IMG/VR virus record: IMGVR_UViG_3300045988_092582
Location: 1-50,762 of that record
Length of the DNA: 50,762 nucleotides
Direction: 5' to 3' (one strand)
Origin: a virus
Shown here: positions 40,287 to 46,461 of the stretch, piece after piece
How the letters are laid out: the number at the start of each line of letters is the position of its first letter
Numbering within the stretch: position 1 is the first letter of the stretch
Translations under genes and position numbers: made by a program
Notes under the pieces: model-generated
What the model was told of the DNA's origin: nothing
The model's database searches: none
What the model saw: the letters and a program-made list of their open reading frames with translations, nothing else

Positions 40287-41627
40287 ATGCAACGAGCTGC
40301 ATTATATATAAGGGTTAGTACAGAAGAACAAGCCCGGCATGGCTTGTCTCTGGAAGACCAAAAAAATAGTCTGACCCAATTTTCAAAATCCCATGGAATG
40401 AAGATTGTCGGCATCTATGAAGATGCTGGCATCTCCGCCAGAAAACCATATAAGAAACGCCCTGCACTCCTAAAACTTCTGGATGATTGCAGGGTTGGAA
40501 AAATTGATCTGATATTGTTTATAAAACTGGACCGATGGTTTAGAAATGTGGGGAACTACTATGCTGTTCAGGAAATCCTAGATCAATATGGTGTATCTTG
40601 GCAGGCGACACAAGAGGATTATGAGACGACAACCGCATCCGGGCGGCTGAAAGTAAATATCATGTTGTCCGTTGCCCAAGATGAAGCAGACCGGACCAGT
40701 GAGCGTATCAAATTCGTTTTTGAGGGAAAGCGGGCGCGGTTGGAGCCTCTTACCGGGAATATACCTTTTGGTTATAAAATTGAAGGAAAATCATTCAAAA
40801 AAGACGAATCCAAAGAGGCTCTTGTTAACGATTTCTTTAAGAAGTATTTAGCCTCCGGTTCCATTTCTAAAACTTCCGAATTTATCAGAGAAAAATATGG
40901 TGTTTTAATGAGATACCATCTTATTGATAAGATGCTGCGCAGCACTACATATTATGGGAAATATTACAATATGGACGGAATGTGTCCTGCCTATATCACT
41001 AAAGAAGATCATGAACAAATTCAAGCTATGCGGAGGAAGGTTGTCCGAAAGGCAAAGAATAATCGTACCTATCTGTTTTCCGGATTAGTGGTTTGCCCGG
41101 AGTGCGGCAACAGGATGGGTGCTCGTATTAACACAAAGCAGACGTATGTGTTCTACAATTGCAACGGACACTATACAAAGCAGAATGGATGCCAAAATCG
41201 CGTTAATCTTGGTGAAAGGAAAATTGAAGAGTATCTTCTTGCGACAGTAGCCAATAAATTTCACGAATACAAGGCCAACTTTTCCGCTCTCAAAAATGCG
41301 GAAATCAACAAAAGGTCACGTGCAGAAATCTCTGCTGCAAAGTCAAAGTTAAACAAACTGAAGGATTTATATTTGAATGATATCATCACACTAGAAGAAT
41401 TAAAGACAGACCGTGAAGCATTGCTTGCAAAAATCAGTGATTTGGAGAAAGCCGCACTCCCTGAGCAAAAGCAAGACTTCGAGAGTATTGATAGGGTGTT
41501 AACCGAAAACTGGAAAGAATCTTACGACGGACTCAACCGCGAAGAAAAACGAGAATTTTGGAGAATTATTGTCAAAGAAATCAAAATATACCCTGATAGG
41601 CACATAGAATATTCCTTAAATGTGTGA
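40287..41627 (+). CDS. int: large serine recombinase (integrase)
   Basis: MQRAALYIRVSTEEQARHGLSLEDQ resolvase-type catalytic N-terminus, recombinase domain, zinc-ribbon CPECGN...YNCNGH, C-terminal coiled coil. ATG 40287 with SD AGGAGG. Confidence 0.9.
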   Translation: MQRAALYIRVSTEEQARHGLSLEDQKNSLTQFSKSHGMKIVGIYEDAGISARKPYKKRPALLKLLDDCRVGKIDLILFIKLDRWFRNVGNYYAVQEILDQYGVSWQATQEDYETTTASGRLKVNIMLSVAQDEADRTSERIKFVFEGKRARLEPLTGNIPFGYKIEGKSFKKDESKEALVNDFFKKYLASGSISKTSEFIREKYGVLMRYHLIDKMLRSTTYYGKYYNMDGMCPAYITKEDHEQIQAMRRKVVRKAKNNRTYLFSGLVVCPECGNRMGARINTKQTYVFYNCNGHYTKQNGCQNRVNLGERKIEEYLLATVANKFHEYKANFSALKNAEINKRSRAEISAAKSKLNKLKDLYLNDIITLEELKTDREALLAKISDLEKAALPEQKQDFESIDRVLTENWKESYDGLNREEKREFWRIIVKEIKIYPDRHIEYSLNV

Positions 41628-41696
41628 AAAAAATTTCCAAAAGTTTATTACTTAATATTACTTCCTCTGTAGTTGCAGTAATATTATGTAATATAA

Positions 41697-41722
41697 TCCC
41701 CGCCCTCATAAGAGAGCGGGGA
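41697..41722 (-). terminator. hairpin terminator between convergent int and cargo cluster
   Basis: tccccgccctc / gagagcgggga (11 bp, 1 mismatch, loop ataa). U-rich tail only on the minus-strand side. Confidence 0.5.
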
Positions 41723-41728
41723 CTATCA

Positions 41729-42211
41729 TCAGTGCTTCACGACAAACTCATAGTACCGGGCAAGCTTGTCAGGAGCGGCGTCCTGGTCATCCAGAAACGC
41801 TTTCGCAATTTCGGCATAGAAGTCGATGTTGCTGACATTGAGCTTCTTAGCAACTTTGCTGTAATCGGAATAGACCATGTTCATAGCAGCGTAGAACTCC
41901 GCAGGGTCGCAGTTGATTCCCCTCTGCGTCATGATCTGGTTGGTTTGTTCCAACGTCCAGTGAGGGCCGGTAGTGCCGTCTACATTCTGCATTGCGCTGG
42001 TCCACTCTTTCGCCTCTTCCTGTGTGAACGGTTTAGCTGAATTGGAATAGGAAGGTTTTCTGTTTTCCCATTGGCAGATAGCGTTGTAAGCGCCGCTGTA
42101 AGCGCTTAAACGTTCTGCCGTCCGTTCGCTCATTGGTTCAACCATGCATTCCGCAATTTTTAAAAGGAGCCATTCTCGGGAGCCTTCCCGCGCTTCGTTG
42201 GTGCCATTCAT
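41729..42211 (-). CDS. cargo-cluster protein 8 (160 aa, unknown family)
   Basis: ORF with ATG. FTQEEAKEWTSAMQNVDGTTGPHWTLEQTNQIM...FYAAMNMVYSDYSKVAKKL. Last gene before the terminator. Confidence 0.65.
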   Translation of the reverse strand: MNGTNEAREGSREWLLLKIAECMVEPMSERTAERLSAYSGAYNAICQWENRKPSYSNSAKPFTQEEAKEWTSAMQNVDGTTGPHWTLEQTNQIMTQRGINCDPAEFYAAMNMVYSDYSKVAKKLNVSNIDFYAEIAKAFLDDQDAAPDKLARYYEFVVKH

Positions 42212-42223
42212 GGCGGCACCCCC

Positions 42224-42643
42224 TTACTCACGGTCCAGCTGTTCCATGCAGCGGCGGATAGCCTCACGCTCCCGCTCATTTGACACAGAGCCCATCATGT
42301 CCTCCAACTGGGCCATCATCTGCTCTTTTGCATCATGACGGCTGTAACCGCTTTCACGGCTGTAGCCGCGATTGCTGTAACCATCTCGGGAGTAGTGACC
42401 CCGGACATAGTGTTTTCCGCGATTGGCGTAGCTGGAACCGCGATTGTAAGACCCGCGCCCTTCCCAGTCTCCGGCCTCGGAGTAACCGCCATCTTCCTCC
42501 AGAGCACAAATTTTGTCAATGTTCTTGATGGTGTCGGTGAGCTTATGTGCCAGCTCCAAATCGCCAGCGCCCAGCTCTCCCTTCCGAGCTAGTTCTTCCA
42601 GCTCCATCTCAAACTTCTCTTTCAGCTCATACAGTGCTTTCAT
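42224..42643 (-). CDS. cargo-cluster protein 7: helical N-terminus plus R/G/S/Y-rich low-complexity centre
   Basis: ATG 42643 (SD AAAGGAGAG). GGYSEAGDWEGRGSYNRGSSYANRGKHYVRGHYSRDGYSNRGYSRESGYSRHD. Confidence 0.65.
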   Translation of the reverse strand: MKALYELKEKFEMELEELARKGELGAGDLELAHKLTDTIKNIDKICALEEDGGYSEAGDWEGRGSYNRGSSYANRGKHYVRGHYSRDGYSNRGYSRESGYSRHDAKEQMMAQLEDMMGSVSNEREREAIRRCMEQLDRE

Positions 42644-42657
42644 TTTGCTCTCTCCTT

Positions 42658-43080
42658 TCAGCATACACGCTCAACAATCACGTTGGCATTTTCCAGCTCA
42701 ATCGTCTCTGTGGAGGTGTTTTTGACAGCCACTGTCACACAGCAGCCACGGGGAACCTCAATAAATGCGGCAGCAAATACATTGAAGAACTCATTAACTG
42801 CTGCAGGGGTGACAATAGCGGTCGCACTTCCAAGGGCCTCGCCCTCCACGGCGATAGCGACAGAGATGGGACCCACTGCCCCGCCGGTCGGGATGGCAAT
42901 ATTCCCGCCAAATACCACCTTGTAACGGGCACGGCACTGATTGGTCATCCCCCGCAGAGTGATGATGCCAGAACCTTCCCGATGAACGATACAATTGGAG
43001 CCGGAAACGGGCGTTTCGCTGAAAACTGCATTCCCATTAGCCGCGATCTGCTGAACAAATACTCCGGTAAATTCAGCCAT
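42658..43080 (-). CDS. cargo-cluster protein 6: BclA-C-terminal / C1q-TNF-like jelly-roll protein
   Basis: 140 aa. The pattern ...IITLRGMTNQCRARYKVVFGGNIAIP...ISVAIAVEGEALGSATAIV...FIEVPRGCCVTVAVKNTSTETIELENANVIVERVC parallels BclA-CTD-type beta-sandwiches. Confidence 0.5.
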   Translation of the reverse strand: MAEFTGVFVQQIAANGNAVFSETPVSGSNCIVHREGSGIITLRGMTNQCRARYKVVFGGNIAIPTGGAVGPISVAIAVEGEALGSATAIVTPAAVNEFFNVFAAAFIEVPRGCCVTVAVKNTSTETIELENANVIVERVC

Positions 43081-43099
43081 AAAATCAATCCTTTCTCAT

Positions 43100-43130
43100 A
43101 AAAGAATACGGCGGAGCCATTGCCCCGCCG
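43100..43130 (-). terminator. intrinsic terminator/attenuator inside the cargo cluster
   Basis: Minus-strand stem CGGCGGGGC / GCTCCGCCG (9 bp, one G-U), loop AATG, then TATTCTTTT. Confidence 0.55.
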
Positions 43131-43195
43131 CGTTGTTGTAGTATCGGCACGGGGCCGAACATTCCGGTCATGCCGGAAAGCTGATGTATTTGGTT

Positions 43196-44011
43196 TTAGC
43201 AGCCGCAACCGCAGGAGCTATAGCACCCACAACCGGCATAAGGGTTCGGAACCTGATAGGCTGGAACGGGACACGGACGGAGCTGGTTGACCAAGTAATT
43301 GTTCTGAGCCTGCTGAGAAGCCGCCAGCCGCAGAGCCTGATTCTCGTCCCGCAGGGCCTGAGCCTTATCCGCCGCAAGGTAATCAATGATGCGATCTCCC
43401 ACGCGGTCAATGGCTTGCAGGGTGTTGCAATTCATCTGCTGGGCCTCGAAGCGCGTCTGCATGGTGGACTTCTCAATGTCACAGCAGCAATTCTGAATCT
43501 GGTTCTGGATGGCAGTGGTGTTCATCACACCCTGGGTAGTGTTCGCCTGGATCATCGCCTGTGTCGCATTTGCGTTTTGAAGCGCGTCATAGCGATTGGT
43601 GCAGCAACAGTCTGCAATCTGTGCCTGCAAAGCGTTGTTGCCCTGCATGATTGCCATCTGGGTTGCGTTGCCGTTGGTCAAAACAGCGGTGTTTAAACCG
43701 TTGATCTGCTGTGCGGTAGTGTAAAAACCGTCGCAAAGACCCTGCTGAACAGTGTCCAGCTTGCGCTCTACCTGGGCGAAGTCAGAGGCGAGGACATAGT
43801 TGTCGATTGCGCCGGAGCCGGAGGGGGTTGCACCGTTTCCATTGCCGCCCCAGTTGCCGCGATTCCAACCACCGGCGAAGATAAACAGGAACAGGATAAT
43901 AATCCACCACGAGCCATCGTTACCCCAGCCCATGCCACCGCCGCCATTGCCGCTCGTAGAACCAGCTGGAACCACAGGCATGGTAAAGGGAGTTTCAGAA
44001 TTAAGAGACAT
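43196..44011 (-). CDS. cargo-cluster protein 5: Gly/Trp/Asn-rich N-terminus with TM, N/Q-rich repeats with two CCC triplets, Cys-rich C-terminus
   Basis: 271 aa, 14 Cys. GNGGGGMGWGNDGSWWIIILFLFIFAGGWNRGNWGGNGNG; IADCCCT and IQNCCCD 40 aa apart; ends AGCGCYSSCGCGC. Confidence 0.7.
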   Translation of the reverse strand: MSLNSETPFTMPVVPAGSTSGNGGGGMGWGNDGSWWIIILFLFIFAGGWNRGNWGGNGNGATPSGSGAIDNYVLASDFAQVERKLDTVQQGLCDGFYTTAQQINGLNTAVLTNGNATQMAIMQGNNALQAQIADCCCTNRYDALQNANATQAMIQANTTQGVMNTTAIQNQIQNCCCDIEKSTMQTRFEAQQMNCNTLQAIDRVGDRIIDYLAADKAQALRDENQALRLAASQQAQNNYLVNQLRPCPVPAYQVPNPYAGCGCYSSCGCGC

Positions 44012-44067
44012 GTGATTTCTCCTTTCAAAATTTGTTTTCTATGCTAAATCGTGGCCACGATTCAAGC

Positions 44068-44292
44068 CTATTGATTGCTCATCATTTGCTGAAATGCTCT
44101 TGCCATTCCCTGCAATTCGTTGAATTGCGCCTGGGTCATCTGGCCGGAGTTGAGAAGCTCCTGTACTTTCGCTTTTGGGTCACCCTGAAAAGTTTGGCGG
44201 AATTCCTTGAACTGTTGGAGCATTCCCATCATGTTTCCCATAGGGCCGGGGAGATTACCGCCGCCCATAGCGTTGAAAAACGGATTACTCAT
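44068..44292 (-). CDS. cargo-cluster protein 4 (74 aa, M/Q/G-rich)
   Basis: MSNPFFNAMGGGNLPGPMGNMMGMLQQFKEFRQTFQGDPKAKVQELLNSGQMTQAQFNELQ... Confidence 0.6.
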   Translation of the reverse strand: MSNPFFNAMGGGNLPGPMGNMMGMLQQFKEFRQTFQGDPKAKVQELLNSGQMTQAQFNELQGMARAFQQMMSNQ

Positions 44293-44746
44293 CGTTCGCG
44301 GCCTCCTTCTTCGCCTTTGCGATTTTTGGCGTACTCAGAGCGTCCACACGGGCCGCTAGAGCGTCCAATTGCTCACGGGTGGCATATTCCACTGCCGGGG
44401 CCTGCGAGGGCTGTGCAGGGCTTGCAGGAGCATTTGAGGCGATTCTTTCCACCAGGTCGTAAATCTTGGTAGTGGGCTTTCCAGAGGCGTCAGCCTGTTT
44501 GAGGTAGATCACCGGCGCGGTGCTGTCCCACAGGGCAACGGCACTATTGGGGGCTACCGGGTACTCGAATGCCGCCTGCCCACCGGGAACCCACACAATC
44601 TGTGTGTTGTTCTGCTGGGGTGGTTGTTGCATATTTTGCAGCGGCTGGGGCTGATACTGCCCAACCCTCAGCTGTGCCATCTGGTCAGGCATAGGCGGCT
44701 GATAGGGTTGATAGGGATTGTAGTAAGACGGATAACCATAAGCCAT
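44285..44746 (-). CDS. cargo-cluster protein 3: Y/P/Q-rich N-terminus plus small beta domain plus Lys-rich tail
   Basis: MAYGYPSYYNPYQPYQPPMPDQMAQLRVGQYQPQPLQNMQQPPQQNNTQ, then IVWVPGGQAAFEYPVAPNSAVALWD..., ending PKIAKAKKEAANDE. Confidence 0.65.
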   Translation of the reverse strand: MAYGYPSYYNPYQPYQPPMPDQMAQLRVGQYQPQPLQNMQQPPQQNNTQIVWVPGGQAAFEYPVAPNSAVALWDSTAPVIYLKQADASGKPTTKIYDLVERIASNAPASPAQPSQAPAVEYATREQLDALAARVDALSTPKIAKAKKEAANDE

Positions 44747-44749
44747 GAA

Positions 44750-45118
44750 TTAATCCTCCTTCATCCAGTAGTACAAAACGATCTCATTCCCGCTGTCCCA
44801 GGTGTCATATATAATAGAATCCTGAACGCAGACCACATGTCCGGACAGAGCAAGAATATAGGTCCCATGAGGGTTCTCTGCTGCGAAATCCGCTACGGAC
44901 ATATCATCTCGGACAATGTCCCTCTCGAAGCCCTGCCTGCGCAGATACGCTCCCCACACGGCGTTGCTTGAAGGCATATCTTTGAGCAGGTTCCCTTCAA
45001 TGCAGAGATTCCAATAGGTAGCGTCCCAACTTTGGCCCAGGGCTTTAGAAATCGCTCTGACTGTGCAATCTCCAACATTGCGTCCGGCTGGGTTTTCGTT
45101 GTAAAATTCAAACCGCAT
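44750..45118 (-). CDS. cargo-cluster protein 2: putative papain-fold Cys-His(-Asp) enzyme
   Basis: ATG 45118. NVGDCTVRAIS (Cys) ... ALSGHVVCVQDSIIYDTWDSG (His, Asp). 122 aa. Confidence 0.5.
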   Translation of the reverse strand: MRFEFYNENPAGRNVGDCTVRAISKALGQSWDATYWNLCIEGNLLKDMPSSNAVWGAYLRRQGFERDIVRDDMSVADFAAENPHGTYILALSGHVVCVQDSIIYDTWDSGNEIVLYYWMKED

Positions 45119-45281
45119 ATTCACGCCGGTCATCGAACAACAATTCCTGCTGCCGGATGAACGCCTCCAATTCCGAAAATTTCCCCTCTGCCGCATATTG
45201 AAAACAGGTGTCAGCGGCGTTGGATGTGGTCCATCCGCAGGCTACCAGCCGCTTGACAAGCTCAGACCCATTCACAAGCAA
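45108..45281 (-). CDS. cargo-cluster protein 1 (57 aa)
   Basis: Hand translated from TTG 45281: (M)LVNGSELVKRLVACGWTTSNAADTCFQYAAEGKFSELEAFIRQQELLFDDRREYAV. Overlaps the next ATG. Below the track cutoff. Confidence 0.45.
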   Translation of the reverse strand: MLVNGSELVKRLVACGWTTSNAADTCFQYAAEGKFSELEAFIRQQELLFDDRREYAV

Positions 45282-45453
45282 AATAACACGTCCTTTGCAA
45301 CAAAAATAAGGAGTCCGTGAGGAGGGCGGCGACGTGTACCAACCCTTGAATCCTCACGTCCTCCATGTCTATATTGTCGCATAAAAAATCCCCGCATGGG
45401 TGGCAATCCAGCTGGAATTATGTGTGGCTTGTGTGATTTATTTTGAAAATTAC

Positions 45454-45482
45454 TTGACACATCTCAAAAATTTTCATATACT
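45454..45482 (+). promoter_or_regulatory. consensus sigma70 promoter TTGACA-17-TATACT
   Basis: TTGACA 45454-45459, 17-nt spacer, TATACT 45477-45482. About 100-nt leader before ATG 45584. Confidence 0.75.
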
Positions 45483-45583
45483 AGTACTGCGGAGATGGCT
45501 ATAAAGCCTGCCTCTGCCAAGCTACGAACATGGGGGGTTGCGCTTATGCGTAGCTCCCCACAAAACTTTTAGGTGGGATAGAT

Positions 45584-46168
45584 ATGTTAAGGGGCGCTGT
45601 CTTTGTAGACCATATGAATTTTAATATCGCCGTAGGCGACTACTACAATTCTCTCGGGAAAAAAACGCCAAATTTGGATTACAATACGGTTTTTTGCGGC
45701 GTAGTCAGCTTGATCCCCGGCATCAGCTATACAAAAACTACGATTTTCGCGCCAGAGCCGGACTCCTTTCTTATGCAAGACCCATATCTTGCAAAATACT
45801 ACAAATGGGTACAGGGTATGAGAAACGCAAGATATCTGGACGTTGTGGAAGGGCGGTATATTGGACGCCCCGTGATTGACACGGCCCCCATGGACATCAG
45901 AGACAAATCCACATATTATAAGGTCGAAAAAGGCACGGACATCAATCTGGCTATTTACGCACTCAGCAAGGCATACAACAATGCGTATGACGTTGCCTTT
46001 GTTCTCAGTGCAGACACAGATTACATCAGTCTTTACCGACAACTGAAAATGATTGGAAAGCTGGTTGTGGCCGTAGCGGTCAAGGGTCAGAATTTGCGAA
46101 AGGTCATCCCAGAAGTAGATGATTATCTTATTTTGGATGATACCTTTTTCTCTCAATACACTAGATGA
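45584..46168 (+). CDS. NYN/LabA-like (PIN-related) nuclease-domain protein (moron)
   Basis: GAVFVDHMNF ... KGTDINLAIYAL ... DVAFVLSADTDYISLYRQLKMIGKLVVAV follows the NYN/LabA motif order. Has its own promoter and terminator and is AT-rich. The antisense 189-aa ORF is rejected. Confidence 0.75.
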   Translation: MLRGAVFVDHMNFNIAVGDYYNSLGKKTPNLDYNTVFCGVVSLIPGISYTKTTIFAPEPDSFLMQDPYLAKYYKWVQGMRNARYLDVVEGRYIGRPVIDTAPMDIRDKSTYYKVEKGTDINLAIYALSKAYNNAYDVAFVLSADTDYISLYRQLKMIGKLVVAVAVKGQNLRKVIPEVDDYLILDDTFFSQYTR

Positions 46169-46170
46169 AA

Positions 46171-46207
46171 AGAGCCGGGGATTACCCGGCTCTTTCTTTT
46201 TGTTTTA
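46171..46207 (+). terminator. intrinsic terminator of the NYN unit
   Basis: agagccggg / cccggctct 9-bp stem, loop gatta, then ttctttttgtttt. Confidence 0.75.
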
Positions 46208-46439
46208 GCCGTTCAGCTGTCCGCTGGACCTCCTGCATAATGTGAGGCAAATGGTGCGAAACCGTTGACCGTTCCCACCCGAGTTCCGCCGCGATGTCCA
46301 CTTGCGGACACTTCTCAACGATATATCGTCGGGCGATCAATTCATCATCCCGGTGTAGGGCAGCTTCCCGGATGGCTGTTTCCAATTCTGAGCGCAAGAG
46401 GTCCGCTAACTCTGGCGGCAGCTTCACTCTTGCGCTCAT
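46182..46439 (-). CDS. small sigma-70 region-4-like / HTH DNA-binding protein
   Basis: DELIARRYIVEKCPQVDIAAELGWERSTVSHHLPHIMQEV resembles a sigma region 4 / LuxR-type HTH. 85 aa, follows the endolysin gene. Confidence 0.5.
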   Translation of the reverse strand: MSARVKLPPELADLLRSELETAIREAALHRDDELIARRYIVEKCPQVDIAAELGWERSTVSHHLPHIMQEVQRTAERLKQKERAG

Positions 46440-46461
46440 TGGTTCACGTCCTTTCAGGTGT

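Noticed and set aside
41624-42040. 138-aa plus-strand ORF following int
   Set aside because: It runs through the terminator hairpin and antisense to the better-supported minus-strand gene 41729..42211, and it has no SD.
45587-46156. 189-aa minus-strand ORF antisense to the NYN gene
   Set aside because: The plus-strand frame has the NYN motif set, a consensus promoter, an SD and a terminator. The antisense frame has none of these.
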